This document shows, piece by piece, positions 11,760 through 25,574 of a DNA stretch of 41,529 nt. Within the stretch, counting starts at the first letter, position 1, and the number at the start of each line of letters is the position of its first letter. Position numbers and translations under genes: made by a program. The notes under the pieces are model-generated. The model made no database searches. It was given only the letters and a program-made list of their open reading frames with translations, and was not told the DNA's origin. Source of the stretch: Octopus bimaculoides (taxonomy: Eukaryota); NCBI RefSeq assembly GCF_001194135.2, contig NC_068990.1:31249642-31291170 (forward strand), in the 5' to 3' direction.

Positions 11760-12830
11760 ATAGAAGTTCAAGAGCAGATCACTACCCATCATTCACTCTA
11801 GTAATCTCCCTACCAGAGTGGGTATTTTTAAGATCTGGAAGAAAGGCACTCAATGGTCCTATGAGAAGCAAGTAAAGAAGCATGCACACAAAGTATACCT
11901 GGTCTTTCCAACTAAATATTAATATCTCATCTGTTATTGAACCTGCACACTGAGGTTTGTGAAGTATAACAACCAAAGCAGTAATAAAGATGGTTCTCAT
12001 TGCATTTTATGGAGAACTATAAGTAAACAAGCATCTTTGTTTTAGGTAAATCAAAATGCTTATTGCTTTTGATTATCTTTTAACTTTAAAATTTCATCAT
12101 TATAAAAATGTTCACAATTTAGAAATAATTGTAATCACTAACTATGAATTTCTTTTTATAGAAACCCAAAGAGAAAACATTTTCTCCTCTATTTTGATCA
12201 TCACCACCAATTTATGCATCTTGTTTAATCCTCTCTGTAATCAAACTCATAACTTTGTCCAGCAATTTGATGCCTCTGAAAATACTAATTGCTAAAACAT
12301 CGCCTTCACCCTTGACGTGGATGATAATACTTCTATGCCAACCACTGGCTGTGCCATCTCCCTGTATCATATGATTGGCAATATGACTGGCTAATGTGTC
12401 TCCAACTTTCATGAATATTTTCAGCACCTTAGCATATCCTTAATTGCACTTTCAAACATATAGCCACCAACTGGTACACCAGTTGAGCTTGTTTTGAGAG
12501 GATCTTCTCTCCTAAATATTTTCCTCATTTAACAAATTCTTGTAGTAACATGTCCATACCTCCTCCTTTTTGTCATTCACCGAGAGATACAAGCTCACTG
12601 CTACCATTCCTCACACATTTCCTCTAACATCTTGAGTGACACTTGTAACACTGCTTTGCAATCTGAAACACCTCACATTTCTGATCCCTTTGACATAGAA
12701 CACTAGTAAAACTGTTACACTCAGCTTCTCTTCCTGGTAAGAATCCCTATTGTCTAGTTTCTTTTCTAAGTATCTGATATTGTTTTTGCTTCTCTTTTTC
12801 AATCTTCCCAAGCCTATCTTTTAGCATTTG
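11760..12830 (-). mobile_element. Decayed RTE-clade LINE (region before and at the start of RT)
   Basis: QDVRG/KCVRNG...VWTCYYKNLLNEEN...AIKDM...MLKI...GWHRSIII..KGEGDVL...FRGIKLLDKVM, the RTE W..S.I...KGKGD....NYRGIKLL motif. Confidence 0.8.
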
Positions 12831-13138
12831 TGGTTTTATTGACACCATTATGCCACTATGGAACCTTCTCTGTAGCTAGAACCTTGTTCTATCCTTATGT
12901 CTGGTCTTTGACCCAAAGCAAGCTAATTCAGTTCTCAACCAAATTGAAAACTTAACATCTTTGAAGAGGACTGGTCCCTAGCTACATTTTGGCATAAAAA
13001 AAAATAGAGATTTGATCCAGTAGAAAGAAGTTTACATCAAAATTTGTAGCAACATCATAGGAGAGTAAGCAATGCCACCAATCAAGTTTAAATCTAAATA
13101 ACTTTTTTTATTTTAAAAGCAAAATATATTTTTCTTAG

Positions 13139-13217
13139 CTTCAATAATAGAAGAAAGTATGAAGAATTTCACATTTTGGTCCCATGCAACAAAAATTTGT
13201 ATAAAGAATGTTGTGAG
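13139..13217 (+). CDS. Candidate host exon, unidentified (SIIEESMKNFTFWSHATKICIKNVV)
   Basis: Acceptor atatttttcttag and donor GAG|gtaaaa; open frame, phase 1 to 2. No recognisable homology. Confidence 0.25.
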
Positions 13218-14489
13218 GTAAAATACCACGAAAACAATATGCATAAGACAAAAAATTGGATTTAAGTATAATTAACTTTTTTATTTTAAAAACAAACTAT
13301 ATTTTAATTAAGCTTAAATGATAGAGATCAATTTGAGGAATTTCATGGTATCAATCTCATGCAATGAAGTTTTAAAAGAAAAAAAGTTATGAGTGTTTGT
13401 TTCTCAAATCTGAGGGTAATAATATAGTTCTATACTTTTTTATGAATATAGCTCTATAAGGGGACTTTTAACATATGTCACTGGCATCATTGACGTAAGA
13501 AAAAAATAAACAATGCCACCACTAATTGACACATTTGACACATTATTAATTAGCTTAATAGTATAGCCTGGAAAAGACATGGAACATATTTTGTTAAAAT
13601 ATTGACACACTAGAATACTTTAAAAACTGAGAGCCAGAAGCACTAATATAGCTAAAGTTTTATGCAAAGTAGAATGAGATATATGGTAGGAAAATTCATT
13701 ATGTAAAAAATAAGCATTGGGTCAAGACTAAAAATGTGAAGACTTGGCAATAACTTAGGCAAAAACTCAAGCAAATTTTACTGTGAATTTATTATAGGTA
13801 GATTTTACTGTAATATATAACTGATTTTTGTATTATTCTATTTATTGTACTATGTACTACTATTATTTTTTATAACCTATTTTCAAATTTCTAATTATTA
13901 ATTAAAGAAAATGAATTTTTTTTAAGTGCAAAAAATATTTTGAGTTATTTTTTAAATTTTTAATAGAAGTAACAAGTAATAACAAATAGAAGTAGTAACT
14001 TGTTATAAAATTTTTAGTTTTAATAAAACTAATATTTTTTAAATCTAAATATTTTATTTGAAATTTTATCCTTAGCTGCAATATTTTAAGTTATAATTTT
14101 CTTGCTCTGTACTTTACCAGATGTAATAAGTTGTCCTGAACTTTTCCAAGTGTAATAACTTGTCCTGTAATTTTCCAGGTTTATAATCTTAAGAATATTA
14201 TTTCTCTTGCTCGCATTTTTCCATGTAATAAAATGAATGGATATGAGGTACAGAAAGCAAATAAATCTTTTCACTGAGGTCAAAAAGGAAAGATAGTCAT
14301 CAGATAAATATAATACCACAAAATGGGAATAAAGAACCCATCTGTATTAATTTGAATCAAGTGGATCAATAAAGAGAGAAATAGTTGAAGTAGATGAACA
14401 AGAACATACAGCTCATCAGGAACAAATAAAAGTAACTAATGCTAAGCATAAATAAACTGTATTATTCTGACTAAAATAGAATATACAAT

Positions 14490-14950
14490 AAGAGGATAAT
14501 AAAGACCCATCTTATTGCACATGCTTATGAAGGGAATTCAAGTGACCTGAAACAAACTCTTCAATGTGTAGCAATGAAACCATGCAGTTAGAAATGTTAA
14601 TCACCTCAATAATGAATAAGTGAGTATAGTCTCTTGATTTCACCTCAGCATTTTTGCAAGGTAAGGGAGGTGTTCATTAAGCTATCTTCTGATGTATATC
14701 CAAGATTGACAATGTGTGGAATAGGCAGCCAAATGATTTACAAAAAGAAAAAAAAAAGAAAAAAAGGAGCTTGTTAGTGCAGGACATGTTTATATTTTAC
14801 TTAATAGACAATGTAAAGGAACATCTTCCATGAAACAATACAGTAACTTCAGTAATTCCCGAAGATTAATGTCTGTGCTTCAGTTTTTCAATGTCATCCT
14901 ATATAAGTCTTTTAAAGATAATATTCATTTGGAGTGGAATAACTGGGTGG
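14490..14950 (+). mobile_element. Ty1/copia (GalEa-like) LTR retrotransposon RT relic
   Basis: IKTHLIAHAYE (like KARLVARGFE), TNSSMCSNETMQL (like TDSPTCSKESLRL), SLDFTSAFLQG at 14630-14662, EVFIK, and FIWSG (like HVDDFLWAG). Many stops; no LTRs seen. Confidence 0.7.
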
Positions 14951-15326
14951 TGGACAGAGAAAGGATGTTCACAAAAAGGTGGTAAAATGCATGGTATGCT
15001 CTTTCACTGGAAGTGTTGTGCAATTTTGTGGTAAAGTCTTGGGGAGATCATTTAGAAACTATCACAAAATCTTTTTAAAAATGTAGAACTTCAAATATGA
15101 TGGAAGGGGATGAAAAGTTGTGAAGCCAGAAAGTGAAAAGAAGGAAGGCTGTGAAATATATAGATATCTCTACACCAAATGATGAACAATATTTCAAAAA
15201 AGATTTGAAAGGATTTTAAAATATAGTTATTTTACGCATAATTATTCATGGGGTTATAAAACTGAGTAAATGTTTTCAAATTACACTAGTTTAGAATTAT
15301 GGTCTTAATTGTTAAAAAAATAACCT

Positions 15327-15625
15327 TCAAGTAACCTTTATGGTCAGCTCTACCATGCTGTGATCCGAGAGTAGCATTGGTGTCACTTTCACATAATGGA
15401 AGAGATCTATAGTATTTGTGAAGCAGAGATCCAGTATGTCACCTGCCCTGGTTGGTTGGAGTACTATTTGTTCCATGTACAAAGTGTTGATGAGGTTCGA
15501 GAGGGACTTCACCTGTCCTTGTTTGTATTGTGTCATTGCTGAGAGAGAAAGGCCCTCGGGCCATCTGACATTGAGCAGATTGAAGTTTCCCATAAGAAGT
15601 ACACTTGCTGAGCGGCAAAAAACTT
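15327..15625 (-). mobile_element. CR1-like LINE APE endonuclease fragment
   Basis: GNFNL.NVRWP...EQIVLQPTRAGDILDLCFTN...SDHSMV; homologous to 34800-35050 in this window. Confidence 0.85.
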
Positions 15626-15753
15626 GTGACTATGATATTACCTGCTGATGATAGGGAAGGATTTCCAGTCTTGCAATGAATTTAGAAGAGCTTGCAAAAC
15701 CTCTGAATAGCTCCTGCAGTTTCTGTATGGAGTAAAGCATCCCAGATGTTTAT

Positions 15754-15756
<3 letters not shown>

Positions 15757-15789
<33 letters not shown>

Positions 15790-16164
15790 GTATCATCACC
15801 ATTTTAATATCCACTTTTTTATGCTTGCATGGGTTAGTGGTAACTTTTGTTGAGGTACATTTTTCTATAGTCAGATGCCTTTCCACCCACTAATTCTCAC
15901 TTGTTTCCTACTGTTACTTAATGTTAGGGCAAGGAAAGAGTAACATATACACACACACACACACACGCATACATACATACATATATATATATGTATATAT
16001 GATGGGCTCCTTATAGTTTCTATTTACAAAGCTTAGCCAAGGTGCCACATAGAGGGATGAAACCCAGAACTATGTGGTTGGAAAGCAAATTTTTTACCAC
16101 ATACCGACATATATATAGTACATATCATATATTCATGATATATATATATATATATATATCATGA

Positions 16165-16226
<62 letters not shown>
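15757..16226. repeat. (TA)n/(CA)n microsatellite cluster with SINE fragments between the tracts
   Basis: Dinucleotide tracts near 15757-15785, 15947-15995 and 16139-16226. SINE-like pieces lie at about 15790-15905 and 16025-16100 on the minus strand. Confidence 0.85.
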
Positions 16227-17888
16227 TAAACCCTCTATATATCATCATTATCATTTAATGTTCATGTCCCAACCCATGTTAGCATGGGACATGGATGTTA
16301 AATAATGATATATATATACACATACACACACATATATAGCAGAGTATTATCCTATCAACACACTGTTTGCTCATTCCATTAATCTAGAAGAAAGAAACAT
16401 AAAAATACTAACACCAACATACTTTAATGATGCTGATGTTTACAGAATAGTGTAACATTAACAATATTTTCACATCAAATTATAACATTCTCTGTGTATG
16501 GTAGCTGTATGTAAACATCTGAAAATATATGGTAATTTGAAGCGAAGAAACTCATAGTTGGTGATGTCAAAGAGGCTTCTTTCTAATCTACAAAGGATAG
16601 GGAGGTGTTTGCATGATGCTGCTTCTGTTGGATTTTTTGTTGTACTTTTGTGATCATTTTGCTAGTTGGTGTGTTCTTGAGATTTGGTAGAGTTCATATG
16701 ATTGGCTTCAAACTATGCAGAGTGAATCTCTACTGAAGCCAATGAAAAATACTTTATAAGCTATTAAATGTGCCAAATTCCCTTCAGATTTCACAATATG
16801 GTTTCAAAAATGGAGGAATAGAAAAATAACAATGTCTTGAACATAATGTCTGAAAGTTAGAAAGGATAGTTGTGGCTGAAATGCCAACTGAATAATAAAA
16901 TTTCAGAAGTGGATATAGCAATACACAATTTAATATCATTCATGGTAAACACCAGAGGGATAATATGAATACATTTTCTGATATATTTATGAGATTAAAT
17001 TATGATCTAAAGTAAACCTCAAGGTATCATTTTCTTTTACGGTAAACAAAGATGAATTCCCTAAAATATAGCAAAAAAGAAAACAAACAACCAAAAGAAC
17101 CTTTTGAAAGATCAAATATCTTTTAATATAATTCGTAGTATATCACCACTTTTCTTTGTGCTCTTGGAAGGGAGATAATTCTGATCTTATTGAATTTATC
17201 TCCCTTGGTTACTATACACAAACTAAAGTGTTACCTGTCATATGACAGGTATTGTTGGGAATATAGTTTTGCCACTGTTGGTAGTGTCTGGATTAATTGA
17301 TAGTTAAACAATATTATTGTAATTGATGACAGATATTCATTACAAATATACAGATATAAAAAAATGTTTGAATTCTATTTCAATTACGTAAATATTTATT
17401 TTATTCTGAAAATTAGTATATGTTTCAATATTTCTAGCAGCTCTAAGAAATTTGAAAAGAAAAATTATAATTATTGTACCTATGTAACATTATCTGATAT
17501 CAACCACAGTGGCAAAAATACATTTTCTAATTGTACTCATAAGGCTTGTTTATAAGTACGTCTTAATCATCTACAACTTTAACTTCAGTATACATATTCT
17601 CCTGTCTCTTATACCCATCTCTTTCATGTGTCTCATTTCTCTTTAACTTTTACAGTTGAAGCAATACTTTCCATTAAAACCTGTTTGGAAAAAACATCTG
17701 ACCAGTCGTACGTTTTTATCATCATCTCTCTGCCCACTTCTGTCTCCTTCACTCCATTTCTCCCCCACTCCCATCTCTCTCTTAGTTACTACATAGATTT
17801 ACTAATTCATTTTTACATGAAATACATTTGGTGAAATATGAAATCTTATGAATAAATCATAATTTCTTATTACCTCTCTCTCTTCCAG

Positions 17889-17916
17889 AGCCACAACAAA
17901 GGGTTTCAGATAAGTG
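17889..17916 (+). CDS. Candidate 28-nt host micro-exon (SHNKGFQIS or PQQRVSDK)
   Basis: Strong acceptor ttattacctctctctcttccag and donor TG|gtaagc; two frames are open. Identity unknown. Confidence 0.3.
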
Positions 17917-18379
17917 GTAAGCTAACAATTACTAGTAATGTTGTTACTATTATCAATTAATGTGGTAATTAGTACCATATTTAGTACTATTTATTTATAA
18001 CTTTTATCTTTGACACAGATATTCCTCTTGAGCAAAATTTTCTTTTTCCTGTCTGCACTTCACAGTCCCTAATCGATGTAAACCACCCACTTGTTATATA
18101 TAAATAGATATGAGAGATAAGTAATACATCAACATTAATAGTATTATCTTTCGAAAATTATAGTCTTAATTTCTGGTTCCAGCAATGCAACATATAACAG
18201 TTTAAATAGCATTCTATGTATAAGATATACAAAGGGCAATGCCAAGAAATGAAAGTGTTTAAAACATAATGTGAAAAAGAAAGAAAAACTGTTGTTCAAA
18301 GTGATGCTATATAGAGTAGGTATAATATGTCTCTTAGATATTGAGACTAAGATCTACCTTTGTTTCATTGCAATCATCA

Positions 18380-18940
18380 TCACTATTGTTGTATTAATGC
18401 CTACTTTTCCATGCTCACATGGGTCAGGTCGAACTTGAGGGAGATTGGATGCCCTTCAGTTGCTAACCCTCACCTATCTCCAAGTAAGGTAATATTTCCT
18501 TATACCTAGACATGTTATCACAGAAGATTGGAAGCAAAGCACACCACTTGTATGATAGTGATACTTGTTTACAAGAATTACACTATGTCAAGACAAGGAG
18601 ACACCAACTCACACAAACACACATTATATGGCAGGCTTCTTTCAGTTTTTGTCGACCAAATCCAATCACAAAGCTTTGGTCAGACAGGGTTATAACTGAA
18701 GACACTTGCTCAAGATGCAACACTGTGAGACTGAACCTGGAACCAAGTGATTGGGAAGCTTAACCATATAGGCATCCCCCCCCTCTCTCTGTATATACAC
18801 ACACACTGTCATTGTTTTAATGCCTACTTTTCCATGCTTGTAGAGGTGAAATGGAACTGAATGAGGTAGATTTGCTGCCACTGGACATACTTTCAGGGAA
18901 GATTGAAATGAATGACTGCTTATATGACAATGATGCTCAT
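18380..18940 (-). mobile_element. Cluster of old SINE fragments
   Basis: Reverse-oriented tail pieces (atcatc...ttaatgcctactttcc atgct) at about 18380 and 18810, and a tRNA-head/CORE-like piece at about 18690-18775. Confidence 0.6.
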
Positions 18941-19197
18941 TTACAATTACTGTGAAAACAAAACAATAAAACACAGTTACACACATACATTTTTATAAAG
19001 TTATACAGGACAGGCATTTTTTAGTGTTTGCCTACCAAATCCACTCACTATAGAACTATAGTAGATGGCATTTCTTCAAGGTACTGCATAGTGGGACTGA
19101 ACCTGAAATCACATGTCTGGGATGTGACCTTAACTACACAACCATGCCTACACACACATATATATACATACACACATGCCAATCACATGTATACATA

Positions 19198-20448
19198 TAA
19201 GGTACAAGAGAAATTTGAGGACAATTATCAGTATATCATTCACTTCAAATGCATTAAAAATGCATTTATTTATTTCAGATGCTCCATGTCAGGTAAAATG
19301 CCAACACAAGAAATGGAAAGACATGCAGTCATTATTGCCATATGTGCGGAATCTAGTGATTTAAAAATTACCAACTTTCTCAATGTTATAAAAGCTTTTG
19401 TATGCAAAGTTTGGATAGAATTGGAAGCCCCTAGAGGGAATGTTTCAAGTATGTAAGAAAAAAAAAGAAAAAAAAGGTAAACATTTAGACATTATTCAAT
19501 GAGTTCAAAACATTATTGATGATGATCCTAAAAAATCAATGAGGGCCATCAACAAAGAACTTCAGGTGTCTGAGTTGACCATCAGAATTGAGGTGCAAAA
19601 GGACATTCAATACAAGTTGTATGTACTGAGGAGAGGCTAATTCAAGTCTGCAAAGATACAGGAAAATGTTTCATCTGTATCAAGTGTTTAACTTATCATT
19701 GTTAAAACCCTCATGAACATGTCATGCTTTGGGTTTTTTCTGATGAGATAAATTTGACCAAAACTAAAAGTTTAACAGAAGAAATGACAATGGTTATGTG
19801 CAGATCCTTCTGATGTTCTCAGAGTGATGCACACTAATTTTCCAGCAACTGTGATAGGTTTAGAACTGATGAGTGATGCAAGTCATATCATGTCACCTCA
19901 CATCTTTCCAGAAAGTTTTAGAATTAATGCTATTGGATACATGGAGATGATACAGACTGTTGTTAAGCCCAGGGTAAATGAAATATGCAATGAAGGGCTA
20001 TACATGTTTCAGCAAGACTCAACACCTCAAAGGCTCATGTAACACAAAACTAGACATCAGACAATCTTTATGACCATGGAATACCAAACTTATAACTTCC
20101 AAACTTGCTACATGTAGATCCCATGGACTACTAACTACTACATTCGGGGAGTTGTTGAAAGGGTGATTAATTGATATCCTCACAATACCATAGCATCACT
20201 GGAAGCTACCAATTTGGACATCCAAGTGTTGTAGAAAATGAATAAAGAACATTTAGTGTAACGATATGAAAGATTCAAGTCCTACACTGAAGCAGTCATT
20301 AAAGCTGAAGATGGATTCATAGAATAATCTAGGATGAAAGCTTATCAAGAACATGGACACAAGTTTTTATTAAAATACATTTGGTTTGTAGTAGATTAAA
20401 GTTGTTTTATTAAATTACAAAATATATCCTTGAATACCTCACACACCT

Positions 20449-20450
<2 letters not shown>
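19198..20450 (+). mobile_element. Decayed Tc1/mariner transposon of DD37D (maT-like) type
   Basis: Transposase relic 19298-20327: MPTQEMERHAVIIA..., FSDE, MHTNFPATV, FQQDS, (N)PMDY, ...AED GFIE*. Weakly similar TIR remnants lie at about 19198-19226 and 20422-20450 in TA-rich flanks. Confidence 0.85.
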
Positions 20451-20487
<37 letters not shown>

Positions 20488-23162
20488 GATGAAGAAAGCA
20501 CAATATGTAGGCAGATTATTTCACCTCGTTAATAATGGAGTGGGGTGAGTGTAAAAATGTAAGTGTAGGCTACATGAGAGGGGAGCAGGAATAAGTGTGC
20601 TAATGCATCTATTATTTCTGTGGGCTGGATATCATTATTTCAGAAGCTTGGCAAAAGGGTGATTGAAAAAATGAAATTTTGGAGAAAAGAATGTTTCAAA
20701 GTTGGTTGCTATTCTTAGCATGTTGAGTGACCACATTGAGGCATCCTTCATTTCCTCTAATGGTTCAACAGGCATCTACACATGCACAATAGGTGTTGTT
20801 ACTCTGATAGCTGGGAGAAAGGTTGATTTAAAAAATCAGGAAGTTTGGAAAAGATTATTTTTCACATAATTGGCTTACTTTGCTTTTGGTTCTTCCAGGG
20901 CCAATAAAATAAATACTAGCATTATTAGAGTCAACAAAATTAACTGTTCACTCATCTCTTTTAAAAGCAACCTAATTAGACTGATCATTTATTGATTGAT
21001 ATTTCTGAACACCATAAAGACAAGACATTTGCTATTTATTTGCACCAATGCATAAAATAAATAACAGCAAATACAATATGAATAAAGAAAACTCTTCAAA
21101 TATTTTTGATTGAGGGACAACATTTAGAATACTGGAAAAAGAAGAGGGGGAATTTAAGCTGCAGTAATTGTAACTTTTAACCAATAAATATGAGGCAAAA
21201 AATGAGCGACAAACTTAGATGATCACGACAAAGTTTTTAAGAGAAAATCATGAAATATTCTAAATCTTGTGAAATATTTAATGTGCTCTACCAACATACC
21301 ATTCTAACTACTCTGCTATTGTACTTTCTGTCCATTCAAATTTTCAGCATACTTTTATTGAAAATTTTTTTTTACTTAATAGGTTTCCACATACCATTTT
21401 ACAACAAGATGTTTTACACAATTGTGCCTTCATTATAAGAAGGCTAGTTTTATACATTAAACTTCATAGAGCACTAAAGCTTATAGCTTATCTATGTGTA
21501 GATATTTATAAATGTAATGGTCTGAACCCAAAAGCTTTCGCTCAGCCCTGTGTAGCCAATAAAGAAACACATTCTCAACAGGAAGATTAGATGAGTTTAA
21601 ACATGGTTTCATTACCATCTTACCTATCCTTTTTCTACCTCTTCATTTAATATATAGCAGTACTAAATACATATGGATATGACTTCATATAGGCATTTGA
21701 TCATAAGCCATGCTGTATTGCTAGTAAATCTATGCTCTATGCAAGTAATTAATACAAGGCAATCAACCTTGTATCACTATGAAAATGTTATGCTTTGAAC
21801 AATCTTTTTTACATTTCAATAAGTAACTTCCTACTGTAAGCATTCAGTCACTTAGAAGAGGAAGGTATGTTTGTGTAGTTTGATATTCATTCAAAAATTT
21901 TAATAAATAAAAAGTCAAATGAAAAACTAAAATTGCTTAAAAAAAAAAAACTGTGGTCAAATGAAGTATAATTTCATAGTGAGACTAAATACATATGAAT
22001 GTTACACGATACATATTTATAGCATACAATAGCAGTGACACTTCTTTTCTACATGTTTTGCTTGTAGTTGAAGCAAACAGACAATGTCTCTTGGTTAAAG
22101 ATAAATAAGGAATATGGTTTCAACAAATATGTGACTAATTCTATCCCTATTTAACTCTTTGTCATTAAATGACTAGAAACACACACTTCATCCAAAGGGC
22201 ATAAAAGGAAACGCACTGGCAATGAACAATCAAATGGAGGTTCGATTCAGTTAGATATTTAATTAAAAATGAATATACGTTAAAAACAAATAGATCTGCC
22301 TCGTTAAAAAGGAAATGAATTTAATTTTTATATGATTTTAGAGGGGTGGCGGGATCAGATAAAATTGGTAGTGGTAGTCTTCATCATTTTCAGACACCAA
22401 TTTAATTAAACAGGAATGATCATCAAATGTTAACTAAAACATGTCTAGAAAATATTTTTCTTTGAAAGCAAACAGTTAAACAAATATTATGAAATTTACA
22501 AACAATATCATATTCTATAGTCATAACTCATAACAAAAATTCATCATGCTGACATTTCATTGTATCTGACAAAAGTATTTTTTTTTATTGAAAAGAGTCA
22601 CTGAAAAATCTTTGATCAAAATAGTTTTGTCATAAATATAATTACAGTGAAAGGATGCTTGTAATGTAATTTATAGTGTTTTATCCATAAAGAAGAGGCA
22701 TTAAAAGAATTTAATTGTACAATCATTTAGCAAAATATTTCATTCAGTAAGTTTAGATTAAGCAAGGATTAAATAATTATTTATTTCACTGAAATATTCT
22801 CTATTTCATTTTCAAATAAATAATCAAGTTAATATGAAATTACTATATCAGTGAAAGTTCAGCTATGTGAAAAAAAAGCATTCCCATTTACCCTCTTTTT
22901 TTATATTCTATTTTTAACAATTGTTATGAAAAGAGATTTATAAATTATTTTGCTATCTCAGTCTCTCAAAAATGCAATTAATGATTCTATTTGTCATTTT
23001 AATATTTCAGCTGCTGTCTAATGACAGATGAAGTACAAATAAATTTTTCAATTTTTATAAAATAAAAGAAAAGGAACATGTAAAATATTGCAATAATATC
23101 ATTTTTTTTTGTATACTTTTCAAGTTAAAAAATAAGAAATGTTTTCCTTCAATCTTTTTCAG

Positions 23163-23223
23163 CCAGCTTCAATTATGATACCATTATAGGAATACTGGAA
23201 CTATGCAGTTCTGTTTTAAAAAG
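23163..23223 (+). CDS. Candidate host exon, unidentified (SFNYDTIIGILELCSSVLK)
   Basis: Acceptor ttttccttcaatctttttcag and a weaker donor AAG|gtttat; open frame, phase 1 to 2. Confidence 0.25.
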
Positions 23224-25486
23224 GTTTATTTCTTTTCACAAAAGAACCTAACAAACTGACTGCTATACAATGAAATGATTCTGATCCTCTGGATATTTCT
23301 ATATGATAGAATTCATGGCTCAGTTACGAGGCCCAATCTCTTTTACATTCATTGTCATTAGCACATGAACTTTTTTCTTTTTAAATGAAGAAAGCAATAA
23401 ATTTTGTTTTTCTCACACTTTATAAAATCTGGGATATTTTATAATAGAGAGAATCGTCTATCCTGACAAAACTGTAAAGTATCTTGCTAAATTAATTATT
23501 AATGTACTGCATGATGTGAAACTGCATGGCACTGCATCTGACTGAGTCACCTTCTGAAACCACACAAACCAAACTACTTTTGTTTATATTCGTTTTAAAA
23601 GGAAATTATGTACTCTGATATAATTCTGTATTGTTCATTATTTACATTGACCAATACGTTACTGATTTCTTGTTTTTTCTTTTTCTGGAGTATCTTTCCT
23701 TTGAATAACAGCTGCTAATCATTCCTTGAGTAACAATTTATTCATTGATTTATTCAAGATAAAACTTTGAAGATGATAGCTAAAGTTGATATATCTATTT
23801 CTTTTGTGCACATTTTGATGCCTGATTTCAATTCATCCAATTTTTCATCAAGTGAATTAGATAAAATATTACCTGAAGAATGGTCAGGCACTAAACCTTT
23901 TGCAAGAATTGTTGGTTCAAAAATAGCTTTAAGAATTGATATGAAGCTTGTTGAGTATTTTTCTTTCAACACTTTTCATTGAGATTTGATCAAGATAGTC
24001 ACCCAATATATTATTTTGGATGTGGAACAAAAAAGGAGCAGTCAGCTCAGTTGAAATTTGTGAATATTTTGTTTCTGATGTGAGTTACAGCTTACCTGTA
24101 AATAAGCTGCTAAAGGTCAAGAAAAAACTTTTTGTTTGCAATATTTGTGTATCTAAGTTTATTACTAACTGCATTTAATTTATTATCACCGTCTTTGTCT
24201 TCATCATTTTTTTAGTGTAATGGTTTCGGTTATTGCGTAACATTATTACATTGGAAGTATTGCCAATTTTCACAGTAATCTGACCACAAATAAAGACATT
24301 ATAAACATCTGAATAAACAAAACCATTTTTAGGCATTTTCTGCTCAATCATTATAGAACTGAGCTTTTAACTTCAAATTAATTTTCAACAGGGCATTAAA
24401 AGTTAATAGACCTTCAAATGGAGTTCAATTAAAATTTTTTTGTTTTGCTATTTTTAAAAGGAAAATAACCATTTAGCAATTCATATACTTAGCATACTAA
24501 GAAATCCTTATTTATGGTATGATTAAACCTAATCTAAAGTAAGTAAATTTTGTTTGTTGACATCAAAATTTCGCTAAAATCATTTCTTCAAACTAGGATT
24601 CATGTCAGTTTTATCAGAAAATTGACCAACAATGAATGAATGAAAGCTTAAGTCAACTCTGTGGCTAGATTTATACTCAATATATAGAGTCACTAGCCAA
24701 AATATCCAGTGTTGCCAAGGAATTAAGATGAATGTTGCAAAGCAATTTATTTAAATTATAGCAAAGTTCCTTGATAAGCAATGAGTGGAGTCTTGCATTT
24801 AAGCATCCCACTTTTTACTAAAGAAAATTTTATAAGATTTCTGTTTTAAACAGCAGATTACAATTCTAAAAATATATATTTTTTCTTTTTACAAAATCAA
24901 CTTTTGAAAATTTCTCTTTGTTTAATCATAAACTCTTAACTCTGTTTTAAACATATTTCCAAAAAAGTTACAGACAACTGTATACTTCAAAACAAAGAGA
25001 AAACAGGGAAACAATCTCTGATATTTAAAATGTAGAGAACTGAAGAAACTTTATAAAAAAGAAAAAGAAAAAAAAGAAAGAATAAAACCTAGCTGGGGAT
25101 TGCTTTGTCTAAAACTCTGCTAAAAAATGTTTGAGCATTTACAAACATGGAAGATTCAAGTTTCCGAAAGAAAAACAAGGAATCTTTTCCATACAGGTCA
25201 GAAATGCCTCCAGGTTGCTGAAAAACTAACTGGGGTAATTTGCAATTTCTTAAGGGACTAAAACAGTGTCAAACTTATAAACAATTTTTTTTTTCTGCAA
25301 GCAACTGTTGATTCACCATCATGTTAATTCTCTGAGACATTACCCCATGCAATGCTAAGTATTTCAGCTACTATCTCTTGTCGGTGAATGAGTGAGTACA
25401 TGTCAGAGGATATACATAATTGTATTTATTTTATGTTGTTTGCCCAATCAAATCTGTGCTACATTATTTACTGTTAATACATTCAG

Positions 25487-25574
25487 CTATTACCAATCTA
25501 CTGTTGGATGGGAGTCTCAGCATGTTGGTGCCATCATGCTGGACAAAGACAACTGTCCCATAACTGGAGCAGAG
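25487..25574 (+). CDS. Candidate host exon, unidentified (YYQSTVGWESQHVGAIMLDKDNCPITGAE)
   Basis: Acceptor ttaatacattcag and donor GAG|gtacca. Visibly GC-richer than its flanks. Phase 2 to 0, compatible with 23163-23223. Confidence 0.3.

Noticed and set aside
23754-23982. Overlapping 71-72 aa ORFs on both strands
   Set aside because: No recognisable motif and weak splice sites; ORFs of this length are expected by chance in a window this size.
24077-24090. Minus-strand 14-nt micro-exon with a strong CAG|gtaag donor
   Set aside because: No neighbouring exon can be linked to it with support; too short to distinguish from chance.
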